A stretch of 64,000 bases of DNA, taken from NCBI GenBank assembly GCA_964386745.1, contig CAYLSZ010000001.1, positions 9,179 through 73,178 of the forward strand, read 5' to 3'. The position numbers and the translations under genes are program-made. A model generated the notes under the pieces. It was not told the DNA's origin. It worked only from the letters and a program-made list of their open reading frames with translations, and did no database searches. The stretch comes from an uncultured Staphylococcaceae bacterium (lineage in GTDB: Bacteria > Bacillota_I > Bacilli_A > RFN20 > CAG-826). This document shows, piece by piece, positions 19,855 through 30,138 of this stretch; the first letter of the stretch is position 1; every line of letters begins with the position of its first letter.

Positions 19855-21794
19855 TATTTGAATACCTCATTCTTAAAATCATCAACCGTGCTAAAGTCTA
19901 TATTATCTTCAACCCATTTCTTTCTAAGACTGGAATCTTTACCCATTAAAACTGAGACTTTTCTATCGACGATAAGTGGGTCATCAATGTGGATTTGAAG
20001 TAATAATCTATGAGCAGGGTCCATCGTGGTTTCTTTAAGTTGTGAATCGTTCATTTCGCCTAAACCTTTAAAACGTTTTACAACATAACCACGACCAATT
20101 TCTTCTTTCGCTTTTTTAAGTTCTTCGTCGTTCCAAGCATATCTATAAACAAGTTTTTTATTAACTTCTTTTTGAACACGATATAAAGGCGGAACGGCAA
20201 CATACACTTTGCCACTAGTAATAAGTGGTCTCATATAATGATAGAAGAATGTTAAAAGTAAGGTTTGAATATGGGCACCATCGGTATCAGCATCGGTCAT
20301 GATAATAATTTTTCCATAGTGGATATTATCGATATCGAAGCTTTGACCATATCCAGCTCCAATTGTATTGATAAGGGTTGCGATTTCTTCGTTCTTTAAT
20401 AATTTATCTAGGGTAATTGAATCAGTATTAAGCGGTTTACCACGTAGTGGTAAAATCGCTTGAGTCATTGGGCTACGAGCTTTTTTAGCAGCGCCACCAG
20501 CACTATTACCTTCAACGATAAATAATTCGTTCTTTTTATAGTCCTTACCTTGGGCAGGCATTAACTTTTCGCTTAAAATTAAAGTTTCTTTGACCTTTTT
20601 ATTGCTACGAGCTTCTTCTTTAGCTTTTCTAGCCGCAAGACGAGCATTCATCGATTCGACACATTTATTAATGAGTTGAACGGCAAATTCCTTATTTTCA
20701 TTAAGATAATAAGTGAATTTTGTATAAATCATGTTGGTCAAAGTTGGTAAGGCTTCAGGGGTGCCAAGTTTAGATTTAGTTTGACCTTCAAATTGGAGTA
20801 AACTTTCAGGCATTCTGATCGAGATAATAGCCGTTAAACCTTCGCGTATATCATTACCTTCAAGTTTTTTATTACGAATCAATTTATTGGTTTCAGCAAA
20901 ATCATTGACAGCACGAACGATACCAGTCTTAAAACCAGTTTCATGGGTTCCGCCATCTCTAGTACGGACATTATTGACGTAGCTATAAATCATTTCGTTA
21001 TATTCATTGACACAATATTGGAAAGCTACTTCAATCGACATGTTGTTGATGACATCACTAAAATCGATGATTGGTCCCATCGTTTGCTTAGATTGATTGA
21101 GCGATTCGATATATTCTTTTAAACCATTTTCATAATAGAAATCAGCTTGCATATGAGTTCTTTCATCGATAAGGATGAAGCGAACTTGTTTAAGCAAGAA
21201 CGCCGATTCTTGAAGATGGTTATAAATAACATCCCATTTAAATTCGACCGTCGAGAAAATTTTTGGGTCAGGTTTAAAGGTAACTAAAGTACCGTGTTTT
21301 ACTGTATTTCCTAAAACTTCGAGTGGAGTTACAAGTTTTCCACCTTTTTCGAAGCGAATATGATGAATTTTTCCGCTTTTATAGACAGTTACATCACAAA
21401 ATTCGCTTAAGGCATTGGTAACTGCGCTACCAACACCATGAAGACCACCAGATGATTTATAAGCTTGATCGGAGAATTTACCACCACTATGAAGGGTCGT
21501 AAATATAAGTTGAACGGCTGGCATCTTTGTCTTTGCATGCATATCGACAGGGATACCACGTCCTTCATCTAAAACGCTCAAACTACCATCTTTATGAATG
21601 GTCACTGTAATTTTATTTCCAAATCCGTTTAATGCTTCATCGACGGCATTATCGACAATTTCCCAAACAAGGTGATGAAGACCATATGTATTGGTGCTTC
21701 CAATATACATTGCTGGACGTTTTCTAACGCCGGCTAAACCTTCTAAATATTCGATCGACGAAGCGTCATATTTTTTATTCAATTCTTCTGCCAT
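19854..21794 (-). CDS. parE: DNA topoisomerase IV subunit B
   Basis: 646 aa with GHKL ATPase, TOPRIM (EGNSAGG) and PLRGK motifs. Confidence 0.82.
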   Translation of the reverse strand: MAEELNKKYDASSIEYLEGLAGVRKRPAMYIGSTNTYGLHHLVWEIVDNAVDEALNGFGNKITVTIHKDGSLSVLDEGRGIPVDMHAKTKMPAVQLIFTTLHSGGKFSDQAYKSSGGLHGVGSAVTNALSEFCDVTVYKSGKIHHIRFEKGGKLVTPLEVLGNTVKHGTLVTFKPDPKIFSTVEFKWDVIYNHLQESAFLLKQVRFILIDERTHMQADFYYENGLKEYIESLNQSKQTMGPIIDFSDVINNMSIEVAFQYCVNEYNEMIYSYVNNVRTRDGGTHETGFKTGIVRAVNDFAETNKLIRNKKLEGNDIREGLTAIISIRMPESLLQFEGQTKSKLGTPEALPTLTNMIYTKFTYYLNENKEFAVQLINKCVESMNARLAARKAKEEARSNKKVKETLILSEKLMPAQGKDYKKNELFIVEGNSAGGAAKKARSPMTQAILPLRGKPLNTDSITLDKLLKNEEIATLINTIGAGYGQSFDIDNIHYGKIIIMTDADTDGAHIQTLLLTFFYHYMRPLITSGKVYVAVPPLYRVQKEVNKKLVYRYAWNDEELKKAKEEIGRGYVVKRFKGLGEMNDSQLKETTMDPAHRLLLQIHIDDPLIVDRKVSVLMGKDSSLRKKWVEDNIDFSTVDDFKNEVFK

Positions 21795-21851
21795 AGTCTA
21801 AAATCTCACTGAAATATTTTACCGAAACACGATACTTTTTTCTATAGTTTT

Positions 21852-22649
21852 ATGATTGTATTCATATATAATATTCGCATGCGTTATTTTTACATTTCAC
21901 TTGTTATTTTGGCTATTGTGATAGTCGCATATTTACTCGGGTCTATCCCATTTAGCGTCATTATAGGAAAAGTTTTTTATCACAAAGATCCTCGAACTGA
22001 AGGGTCACATAATGCCGGCGGTACTAATGCCGGTAGAGTATTAGGGAAAAAGGCTGGCGTAGCTGTAATTATTCTCGATGCTTTGAAGTTAATTATTGCA
22101 GTTTATATTCCATTTTTGCTCATTAATAAGATCTCTAGTATAGGAGATTTCTTTACTTATGAAAGCGGAACCGAATTAAATGCCTTTGGAACTGGCAATA
22201 CTTTAGGTGAATTAGCTATATATTTAGCTGCTTTAGCCTGTATGATTGGTCACTGCTACTCGATTTTCTTAAAATTTGATGGCGGAAAAGCTGTTTCGAC
22301 CTATTTATCGACCGCACTTTCGACTTCGTATATGGCGGTTATTATTTGCGCTCCACTATTTTTTGGAATTTTAAAATGGAAAAAACACGTTAGTTTATCT
22401 TCTATCACTGCTTCAAGCGCATTCACTTTATATGCTTGGATAATTTACTTAATTTATGCGTTCAATTATACAAATTCAACGGTCGTTACTGTCTTAAATT
22501 ACCTTATGTGGTTTGGAAATGGTCCATCAATTTGTATTTATTTCCCAGTCATCATGACTTGTGGACTTGCAATACTTATTTGTAAGCACATTCCAAATAT
22601 CAAAAGACTCAAAGCAGGAACTGAATCAAAAATCTCTTGGATGAAGTAA
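21852..22649 (+). CDS. plsY: glycerol-3-phosphate acyltransferase PlsY
   Basis: Polytopic protein with the YLLGSIPF motif. The true start may be the internal Met at MRYFYIS. Confidence 0.88.
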   Translation: MIVFIYNIRMRYFYISLVILAIVIVAYLLGSIPFSVIIGKVFYHKDPRTEGSHNAGGTNAGRVLGKKAGVAVIILDALKLIIAVYIPFLLINKISSIGDFFTYESGTELNAFGTGNTLGELAIYLAALACMIGHCYSIFLKFDGGKAVSTYLSTALSTSYMAVIICAPLFFGILKWKKHVSLSSITASSAFTLYAWIIYLIYAFNYTNSTVVTVLNYLMWFGNGPSICIYFPVIMTCGLAILICKHIPNIKRLKAGTESKISWMK

Positions 22650-22684
22650 TTAGTATTTATTTAGTAGATTTTTAGTAGTTTTAT
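22649..22684 (+). repeat. TTTTTAGTA-type AT-rich repeat cluster at the plsY 3' end
   Basis: TTAGTATTTATTTAGTAGATTTTTAGTAGTTTTATTG. Confidence 0.5.
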
Positions 22685-22703
22685 TGTATATTCAAAGCAA
22701 TTT

Positions 22704-22728
22704 AAAAGGCGCCTCCAAAGCGCCTTTT
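22704..22728. terminator. bidirectional rho-independent terminator between plsY and yneF
   Basis: AAAAGGCGC-CTCCAAA-GCGCCTTTT hairpin with an A run on one side and a T run on the other. Confidence 0.7.
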
Positions 22729-22749
22729 CATTATCGTTTAATAGTTCAA

Positions 22750-22965
22750 CTATTGTTGATTTTTAACGCTATTCATGACGGCGCGAATTTGAGCTTCGCT
22801 AGGTTTTCTACCCATTTGCATGAACATAGCACGAATCATTTTTTCATTGATAGGTGGATTTTCTCTAAGTTGTTTTTTAAAGAAGGCTCTAGCTCCGAAA
22901 AATCCAGCAATTGCACCAACTAAGAAACATCCAATGCCTATTAATAATATTCCCCACCAAGCCAT
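22750..22965 (-). CDS. yneF: UPF0154/YneF-family small membrane protein
   Basis: 71 aa with a single N-terminal TM helix and a basic C-terminus. Adjacent to plsY as in Bacillus. Confidence 0.65.
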   Translation of the reverse strand: MAWWGILLIGIGCFLVGAIAGFFGARAFFKKQLRENPPINEKMIRAMFMQMGRKPSEAQIRAVMNSVKNQQ

Positions 22966-22980
22966 ATAGTTCTCCTTTAA

Positions 22981-23538
22981 TTAGTTAGCACGACCATCAT
23001 AGTCGCCGTTATCTGTACGGACATAGATTTTATCGCCATTATTGACAAATAATGGGACTCTAACTTTTAATCCAGTTTCTAAAATAGCGTCTTTCATCGC
23101 TTTATTGACGGTATCGCCACGGACAGCTGGTTCGCATTCGGTTATTTGTAAAACGACTTTAGCAGGTAAGGTAATACCTAAAATTTCTTCATCGTACGTG
23201 ACGATTTCGATTTCTAAGTTTTCAGTTAAGAAATTCTTTTCCCATTCGAGTCTATTGGCTGGAATTTCAACTTGTTCATATGTTGTATTATCCATAAAGA
23301 CTAAGAAATCGCCTGAATCATATAAATAATTCATTTTCTTTTTCTCTAAACGAATGGTTTCAACTTGATAACCGCTATTAGCACTAATTTCGGTGATGGC
23401 ACCAGTTCTTACGTTTTTAACTTTAACTTTAGCAACCATTTTTCTCATGGCAGTTTTATTTAATAAAATATCGATAACTAAATAGATGTTGTTATCTTCT
23501 AAGAAATAATTGCCTGGTCTTAATTCTGTAACGTTCAT
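22981..23538 (-). CDS. efp: elongation factor P
   Basis: 185 aa with the KPGKG-like loop (VRTGAITE). Typical EF-P length and domains. Confidence 0.93.
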   Translation of the reverse strand: MNVTELRPGNYFLEDNNIYLVIDILLNKTAMRKMVAKVKVKNVRTGAITEISANSGYQVETIRLEKKKMNYLYDSGDFLVFMDNTTYEQVEIPANRLEWEKNFLTENLEIEIVTYDEEILGITLPAKVVLQITECEPAVRGDTVNKAMKDAILETGLKVRVPLFVNNGDKIYVRTDNGDYDGRAN

Positions 23539-23548
23539 ATTTTTCTCC

Positions 23549-24181
23549 TTACTTTAAGTATAAATTATTTTTGAGTTCTTCTTCGATAGAAGTTATCTCT
23601 CCATGACCTGGATAGACAACCAATTTATTATCGAAACACTTGATAATATCAAGACTATTTTTAAGTTTTGAATGGTCTGATGTAATTAGATCATATCGAC
23701 CAATCGACCCTTTAAATAAGCTATCACCTGTAAATAAAGCGTTCTCGTTTTTATACAAGATACATACACTTCCTTCGGTATGAAATGGAGTTTCGTATAT
23801 TTTGAATACTAGATCTTCGCCAAAATCTAATGTATCTTCATCTTTAAAGTCGATAACTTCGCCATTATAGGTAACTTCAGTTCTACCAAATCGAGAACAA
23901 TTTAGCTTTGGTTTAGTAACTAACTCTAAATCGAATCGATTGATATAAACTTTAGTCTTGCCAAACAATTTCATAAAATCGTTTAAGCCAGCAATATGGT
24001 CGAAATGACCATGCGTCAAGATAATAGCTTTAATTTCGGTATGATGAGTTTTTGCGTATTCGACGATTCCTTTAGATAAATATCCCATATCGATTACGAC
24101 ACAAGGTCCATTTTCTTTACCAACGATATAGACGTTGCTAGAGAAAATTTTAGAACCCTCGAAATTAAAAACTTTAACCAT
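23549..24181 (-). CDS. metallo-beta-lactamase-fold hydrolase
   Basis: HGHFDH motif. Confidence 0.8.
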   Translation of the reverse strand: MVKVFNFEGSKIFSSNVYIVGKENGPCVVIDMGYLSKGIVEYAKTHHTEIKAIILTHGHFDHIAGLNDFMKLFGKTKVYINRFDLELVTKPKLNCSRFGRTEVTYNGEVIDFKDEDTLDFGEDLVFKIYETPFHTEGSVCILYKNENALFTGDSLFKGSIGRYDLITSDHSKLKNSLDIIKCFDNKLVVYPGHGEITSIEEELKNNLYLK

Positions 24182-24185
24182 TTAT

Positions 24186-24374
24186 TTACTTCTTTTCTTT
24201 ATGAACAGTCATCTTTTGACATCTTGGGCAATATTTGTTTCTTTCAAGACGGTCTGGATGTAATTTTTTGTTTTTACTTGATAAATAATTTTCTTCTCCG
24301 CATTCTGTACATTTGAGAATAACATTTTGTCTAACTTTCATTTCTTTTCTCTCCTCGTTAATCTCGAAAATCAT
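24186..24374 (-). CDS. rpmG: 50S ribosomal protein L33
   Basis: 62 aa with the L33 zinc ribbon (CTECGEENY...CPRC). Confidence 0.88.
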   Translation of the reverse strand: MIFEINEERKEMKVRQNVILKCTECGEENYLSSKNKKLHPDRLERNKYCPRCQKMTVHKEKK

Positions 24375-24474
24375 AGCACATTTAACTATGCATTTCCATA
24401 TTTTAATACATATAGTATTAAAAAAGTTGCCTCTATTAATACAATTTCAAAGTCATAAATATTATAATTGTCGT

Positions 24475-25548
24475 ATGTTTAAAAGAACTGACACAAAAGT
24501 AGTAAAAATTGGTGATCTAACACTTGGTGGATGTAATCACGTTTTGATTCAATCCATGTGCAATATAAAGACAAGTAAAGTTAGTCAAGTTGTTCGCCAA
24601 ATCAATAAATGTGCCGCTTTAGGCGCTGATTTAATGCGTGTTAGTGTACTTGATGAAAAGGATGCAAAAAGCATTAAAAAGATAGTTGAAAATGTTTCGA
24701 TTCCAGTTATTGCCGATATTCACTATAACTATAAATTGGCGTTACTTGCTATAGAAAACGGCGCCAAAAAAATTCGATTAAATCCAGGAAATTTAAGAAA
24801 TATTGACGAAGTTAAAGAAGTAATCAAAAAAGCTAAAAAGCACAACGTTGCAATAAGAATTGGTGTTAACGAAGGTTCAATTACTTCAAAAATAAAAGAA
24901 GAAAATCCAAATTTAAGTGAAACCGATTTGATAGTAAAATTAGCCTTAGATTACATAAAAATTTTTGAAGAAAATGACTTCAATAACATAGTCGTCAGCT
25001 TAAAATCTTCCGATGTTTTTAAGACGATTGATGCTTATAAAAAATTCGCTGAAGTTAGCAATTATTCACTCCATATCGGTCTAACCGAATCCGGATTTGA
25101 TGAAATCGGAATTATTCGTAGTTCTGCTACTTTAGGAATTTTATTACACGAAGGATTAGGAAATACTATTCGAGTTTCTTTAAGTTCCGACCCTGAAAAA
25201 GAGGTTTTAACTGCAAAAAGACTTCTTCACGACTTGGGACTTTACGAAAACTACCCAACTTTAATTAGTTGTCCGACATGCGGTCGAACTGAGGTCAATA
25301 ATATAAAATTGTTAGCCAGCAAGGTATTAAAATACCTTGAAGATAACGATATCAATCTAAAAGTCGCAATTATGGGGTGCGCTATTAATGGAATTGGTGA
25401 AGGAAAAAGCGCAGATATTGGACTTGCTGGCGGAAAAGATCAATATGTCCTATTTAAAAAGGGCAAAGCAACAAAAAACGTCACAGCAAGCGACGCTTAT
25501 AACGAACTAATTAAAGAAATTAACGATTTAGCAAAAACTAAAATTTAA
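24475..25548 (+). CDS. ispG: 4-hydroxy-3-methylbut-2-enyl diphosphate synthase
   Basis: MFKRTDTKVVKIGDL matches the IspG N-terminus, with C-terminal CPTCGR and GCAINGIGEG Fe-S motifs. The track ORF start at 24313 overlaps rpmG antisense and is an artefact. Confidence 0.88.
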   Translation: MFKRTDTKVVKIGDLTLGGCNHVLIQSMCNIKTSKVSQVVRQINKCAALGADLMRVSVLDEKDAKSIKKIVENVSIPVIADIHYNYKLALLAIENGAKKIRLNPGNLRNIDEVKEVIKKAKKHNVAIRIGVNEGSITSKIKEENPNLSETDLIVKLALDYIKIFEENDFNNIVVSLKSSDVFKTIDAYKKFAEVSNYSLHIGLTESGFDEIGIIRSSATLGILLHEGLGNTIRVSLSSDPEKEVLTAKRLLHDLGLYENYPTLISCPTCGRTEVNNIKLLASKVLKYLEDNDINLKVAIMGCAINGIGEGKSADIGLAGGKDQYVLFKKGKATKNVTASDAYNELIKEINDLAKTKI

Positions 25549-26416
25549 CTTTTTCACCTTTCGAGCGAATAAATTCAATCTCCTCTTTATATGGAGGAAG
25601 CCCATTTATATAAGGTGTCTCTAAGATCTTAGGGACGCTTTTTAATTTTGGATGATAAACGTATTTAAGTAACGTATTAACATCGATAGTTCCACTAGTA
25701 ATATTTGCGTGTCTATCTTTATGCGAACCCGTTTCATTTTTACTGTTATTTAAATGAATAACTCTAAGTCGATCTAGCCCAATAATTCTATCGAATTCAT
25801 CTAAAATTTCTTCGATGTTATCGATATTATAACCAGCATCGTGTGTGTGACAGGTATCAAAACAAACGGCTAAACGATCTTTAGATTCACAGTTATTAAT
25901 AATATAGGCCAATTCTTCGAAATTAGTTCCTAGTTCACTGCCTTTTCCAGCCATTGTTTCTAAACAAATAATCACATCGCTTTCATCTTCTTTTAAAACT
26001 TCATTCAAACCACGTACTATTTGTTTTAAACCAACTTCAACGCCATTACCAACATGAGCTCCAGGATGTAAAACTAAATATTTGACTCCGAAAGCGTGCG
26101 TACGAGTTATTTCGTGTGCCAAAACTTCTTTTGCACCTCTAAATTTATCTTCATCAGCATTTGCAAGATTAATTATGTATGGGGCATGAACTACAAGTTT
26201 TGAAGCATCAATATTATGTTCACGTAAAAATCGCTTACCTTCTTCAATAAAACATTTATCTAGATCAACGCGATAAGAATTTTGTGGGGCACCTGTATAA
26301 AACATAAAAGTATTTTCGCCAAAACTTAACGCTTCTTTTGCGGTGCCTAAAAAATATTCTGGCGAAGTAAATGAAATGTGACTACCTAGCAAAATCTCAC
26401 TTTGATCTAGCTTCAT
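25538..26416 (-). CDS. nfo: endonuclease IV
   Basis: 292 aa AP-endonuclease family 2 TIM barrel. Adjacent to cshB as in B. subtilis. Confidence 0.88.
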   Translation of the reverse strand: MKLDQSEILLGSHISFTSPEYFLGTAKEALSFGENTFMFYTGAPQNSYRVDLDKCFIEEGKRFLREHNIDASKLVVHAPYIINLANADEDKFRGAKEVLAHEITRTHAFGVKYLVLHPGAHVGNGVEVGLKQIVRGLNEVLKEDESDVIICLETMAGKGSELGTNFEELAYIINNCESKDRLAVCFDTCHTHDAGYNIDNIEEILDEFDRIIGLDRLRVIHLNNSKNETGSHKDRHANITSGTIDVNTLLKYVYHPKLKSVPKILETPYINGLPPYKEEIEFIRSKGEKVKF

Positions 26417-27749
26417 TACGGTATTTTTCCTCTAATTGTTTACGAATATTTTTCTTAATCGCTTTACGACGTTGTTGTTTTTTAACCTTTTCTACGGCAA
26501 CGCGAACTTTCTTTTTATATCCAGGTTTTACTTTCTTTGATTTATTTTTATTAACAGCCTTTTTAATTTCGATATCTAGTTCAGTTTGTTCAGGAGTTTT
26601 CTTTTTCTTTTTAACTTCTAAAGGCGACTTATCAGGAACTAGTTCACCGTTAACCATTTTTAAAAATGATACTTCTAAACCTTCGTCAACTAATCTTCTT
26701 AAACCGGAAAGTTGATCGCTATTATATAAAACATACGAGTTGCCATCTTTATTGTTGCGCCCTGTTCTACCTGCGCGGTGGTAATAATATTCTAGATTAT
26801 TAGGCAACTTTATACTTAAAACATCGGTTACATCTAAAATATCTAAACCGCGACTTGCAATATCCGTACAAACAATGATTGGAAATTCATCATTATTGAT
26901 TCTACGAAGCATCGAATTTCTTTCTCGAACAGTAAGTTCTCCACTTAAAAAACCAACCTTCAATTTATTCGAAGAAAGGAATTCGTAAAGATGTCTAGCT
27001 TCTTCACGGTCATTACAAAAAATCATCAATAAATAAGGGTTTTTGATTTTAATAAATTCGAGAACTAAATCATCAATTTCTCTATGCTTTCCGTTTATAA
27101 AAAAGTGCTTAACATTTTTAGCTGTATAGTTAGTTTGACTCATGTCGATTGTGTAATCAGCAGAGATATATTTTTTTAAAAAATATTGGACTTTTGCAGG
27201 GAAAAATGCTGAAAACACCATGATTTGTGGATCATTAGTTCGACCAATAATAGCGTCAATATCTTCAATAAAACCTTGATCGACAAGCATATCAGCTTCA
27301 TCTAAAACAATGGTTTTTAAGCTTGTAAAATCAAAATGATTATTACTCAATAAAGCCTTTAATCTTCCTGGAGTTGAAACAATAATTTGGCAACCACTTG
27401 ATATGCTTTTTTCATTTCTTGTTGTATCTATTCCGCTAACAAAAATCTTAGCATTTAATTCAGGATAAAATTTCTTAAAGTCTTCAATGAAGTTATATGT
27501 TTGTTTAGCAAGTTCTCTAGTAGGCGAGATAATAATCGCTTGAATTTTGTTATCAAATTCGAGTCCATTTAAAATTGGTATCAAAAAAGAATGGGTCTTG
27601 CCACTACCAGTTTCACTTTTTACGATGATATTTTCGCCTTTAAGTGCTTTAGGTATAACAACTTCTTGAACTTCAGTCGTATTTATATAACCTAGACTAT
27701 TTAAAGCTTCAACTAAATCTTGTTTTAAATTAAATGAACTAAATTTCAT
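26397..27749 (-). CDS. cshB: DEAD-box ATP-dependent RNA helicase with a Lys-rich C-terminal tail
   Basis: Motifs Q, I (ETGSGKT), DEAD-equivalent (DEAD to LDEADML), SAT (SAF) and HRAGRTGR. Synteny with nfo. Confidence 0.85.
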   Translation of the reverse strand: MKFSSFNLKQDLVEALNSLGYINTTEVQEVVIPKALKGENIIVKSETGSGKTHSFLIPILNGLEFDNKIQAIIISPTRELAKQTYNFIEDFKKFYPELNAKIFVSGIDTTRNEKSISSGCQIIVSTPGRLKALLSNNHFDFTSLKTIVLDEADMLVDQGFIEDIDAIIGRTNDPQIMVFSAFFPAKVQYFLKKYISADYTIDMSQTNYTAKNVKHFFINGKHREIDDLVLEFIKIKNPYLLMIFCNDREEARHLYEFLSSNKLKVGFLSGELTVRERNSMLRRINNDEFPIIVCTDIASRGLDILDVTDVLSIKLPNNLEYYYHRAGRTGRNNKDGNSYVLYNSDQLSGLRRLVDEGLEVSFLKMVNGELVPDKSPLEVKKKKKTPEQTELDIEIKKAVNKNKSKKVKPGYKKKVRVAVEKVKKQQRRKAIKKNIRKQLEEKYRNEARSK

Positions 27750-27828
27750 GCGTATATCATAATTTTTTTGGAGCTAAAATTCTATCTTTTTAATGTAATA
27801 TACAACGTATTTTTATAGAATTATTCAT

Positions 27829-28719
27829 ATGAAAGTCAAACTCATTGAACCCTATGGACTATGTTTTGGAGCATATAGCGCTTATAAAACATGTATAGAA
27901 ACGAAAGAAAAATACAAAGATTTGAATGTTTTTCTTTTTGGTCCAATCGTTCATAACGAATATATTAATGATGAATTGAGGAACATCGGTATCAATATTT
28001 TGGACTTGCCATATCAAAAATATTTCGATGTAATCGACACTTTAAACACTGATGATGTCGTTATTTTGCCTGCTCATGGACACGATCATAAACTGGAAGA
28101 AAAACTCAATAAAAAAGGCATTAAATATATCGATGCAACATGCAAAATCATCAAAGAGATACACGCAAAAATCGAAGAAACAGTTCAAAATTCAGAGGTT
28201 ATTTTTGTTGGACAAAAAGAACATATTGAAACAATAACTACTCTTCTACTTAATGACAAAATATATTTATATGACATCAAAGATGGTTTTATAAATAACA
28301 TAAAACCAAAAACTAATAATACTTCTATTTTTATGCAGTCAACATTAACTGAATTCGATATTACTGACGCTTTAACTTCAATAAAAACCGAATATCCACA
28401 ATCAATATTTGTTAATAATCTTTGCAATGCGTGTGTTCTTAGACAAAGGAAACTAATGGATAAAATTGACGATAATTCTTACGTTATTGTTGTCGGAAGC
28501 AAAACATCAAGCAATACAAATTCATTAGTCAAAATATGTGAAAAAACGGCTTTTTCAAAGAAAAACCCTGCAGATCGCCACTATTTTTCTCAAATTTCAT
28601 CATTTGAAGAAATAAAAAAGTTGGATTTAGATCCAACTTTAGATTACATAATTGTTTCAGGATCTTCCGTTCCAAATAAACTAGTTGAAGATATATATAA
28701 CTACGTCAAATCACTTTAG
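27829..28719 (+). CDS. ispH: 4-hydroxy-3-methylbut-2-enyl diphosphate reductase
   Basis: 296 aa LytB family. Contains an in-frame copy of the CTGCAG repeat near the C-terminus, encoding KKNPADRHYF. Confidence 0.88.
   Translation: MKVKLIEPYGLCFGAYSAYKTCIETKEKYKDLNVFLFGPIVHNEYINDELRNIGINILDLPYQKYFDVIDTLNTDDVVILPAHGHDHKLEEKLNKKGIKYIDATCKIIKEIHAKIEETVQNSEVIFVGQKEHIETITTLLLNDKIYLYDIKDGFINNIKPKTNNTSIFMQSTLTEFDITDALTSIKTEYPQSIFVNNLCNACVLRQRKLMDKIDDNSYVIVVGSKTSSNTNSLVKICEKTAFSKKNPADRHYFSQISSFEEIKKLDLDPTLDYIIVSGSSVPNKLVEDIYNYVKSL
28550..28598 (+). repeat. CTGCAG-core repeat, copy 3 (inside ispH, sense)
   Basis: CTTTTTCAAAGAAAAAACCCTGCAGATCGCCACTATTTTTCTCAAAT. Confidence 0.85.
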
Positions 28720-29482
28720 GACACTTTTCGTGGTCATAACAAGTGATTTCTAAATTATTATCGATAGACAATAATATTTCTTTCATCGTAGTAATATAAA
28801 TCTTTTCTATTTCATGAGGTAAATCTAAATAATTATATTCGCGATTTACAATATCGCGTCTAGCATGATGAGGTATATCGCCACTAATATGGATATCATA
28901 GCCTTCATCTTTAGCGATTTGCCATGTATGCCAGCCGCCTCCTCCAACAATTGAAACCTTTTTAATTGTTGGGTTGCCGCAATTTATCAATAAACCATAA
29001 TCAACATTGAGGCGTTCTTTTGCATATTTAGCAAACTCTTCAACATTCATCTCATTTTCTAATTCGCCACCTCTAGCCATTGGATCTCCATCTAAAGGAT
29101 GAATATTTTTTAGGCCTAAAGCCTTTGTTAATGCATCATTCATACCACCTTTTCCTTCATCGAAATTAGTGTGATATGAATAAATTGGTATATCTAAAGC
29201 ATCCATCTTATCCGATAATTCCTTTTTATATGGATTGTATTTAAAAACTTTAGCTTTAGTTCCAAATATAAATGGATGGTGAGTGATAATTAAATCAAAT
29301 CTTTCATTATTTTCAACAAAGAAATGATTATAAACTTGCTCATCGAAATCTAAGCAAAGCAATATTTTACAAGTTTCTTCTTTTAATTTTCCAGTCTGTA
29401 AGCCAACTGGATCATGATATTTCTTCGCAATTGTTTTAGGAAAATTCTTGGAAAGTTGCCTTAATAATTTCTTTGTGTTCAT
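28706..29482 (-). CDS. Nif3-family metal-binding protein (YqfO-like)
   Basis: 258 aa. Synteny with trmK-sigA-dnaG as in B. subtilis yqfO. Confidence 0.82.
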   Translation of the reverse strand: MNTKKLLRQLSKNFPKTIAKKYHDPVGLQTGKLKEETCKILLCLDFDEQVYNHFFVENNERFDLIITHHPFIFGTKAKVFKYNPYKKELSDKMDALDIPIYSYHTNFDEGKGGMNDALTKALGLKNIHPLDGDPMARGGELENEMNVEEFAKYAKERLNVDYGLLINCGNPTIKKVSIVGGGGWHTWQIAKDEGYDIHISGDIPHHARRDIVNREYNYLDLPHEIEKIYITTMKEILLSIDNNLEITCYDHEKCPKVI

Positions 29483-30135
29483 AATGTTTCCTCAATTTGT
29501 TTAATCTCCCTAATTACTTCTTCTCTTCTTGAATCAGGTAATTTTTGTTCTAATAATTTATTTAATCTATCTCGTTCGTTTGACCGATACGTTATAAATT
29601 CGTCGCTCTTATTTTGGGAAAGAATTGGACCAAATTTATAGTCTTTCTCGGTATAGGTTTTCACCCCTTTTTCAAACCTAATAATTTGGTAAAAAATATC
29701 ATCTTCGAATAGACATTTTTCTTCATCAATATAGTAACCTAACCCACAAACATATCTTCTAATCTCGTCGACAAAATTATGCGAATCTATTAAAAAATAT
29801 TGGGGATCTGCAGGGATTTTTTCTAAAAACGAGAGAATTTGTTTAATAAGAGTTGCTCCCATACCGGCTAAAACAGCCACATCATATTCTTTAGGAACAT
29901 CTTTTAAACCATCACTTAAGATGGCGTTAATTCGATTAGTAAAACCCGACTTTTTAATATTAGTTACTAAATTATTATAAGGTCCCTTTTTATTTTCGAC
30001 ACCGAGTAATAAATTTGTTTTGTTTAGCTCGGCTAATCGAATCAATAATAGTCCGTGGTCGCTACCAATATCAGCGACATTGGAGCCATCAGGTACCAAA
30101 TCACATATTAAACTTAATCTTTTACTTAAGTTCAT
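29479..30135 (-). CDS. trmK: tRNA (adenine22-N1)-methyltransferase
   Basis: SAM-binding motif DIGSDHG. YqfN synteny. Confidence 0.82.
   Translation of the reverse strand: MNLSKRLSLICDLVPDGSNVADIGSDHGLLLIRLAELNKTNLLLGVENKKGPYNNLVTNIKKSGFTNRINAILSDGLKDVPKEYDVAVLAGMGATLIKQILSFLEKIPADPQYFLIDSHNFVDEIRRYVCGLGYYIDEEKCLFEDDIFYQIIRFEKGVKTYTEKDYKFGPILSQNKSDEFITYRSNERDRLNKLLEQKLPDSRREEVIREIKQIEETL
29785..29830 (-). repeat. CTGCAG-core repeat, copy 4 (inside trmK, sense)
   Basis: Minus strand reads GAAAAAATCCCTGCAGATCCCCAATATTTTTTAATAG. Confidence 0.8.
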
Positions 30136-30138
30136 TAA

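Noticed and set aside
24313-24474. N-terminal 54 codons of the track's ispG ORF, overlapping rpmG antisense
   Set aside because: IspG homology begins at MFKRTDTKV (24475). The extension is hydrophobic read-through of the rpmG complement.
26371-26715. 114-aa plus-strand ORF spanning the nfo/cshB junction
   Set aside because: It is antisense to the Lys-rich tail of cshB, and its Phe/Leu-rich translation reflects the complement of AAA/AAG codons.
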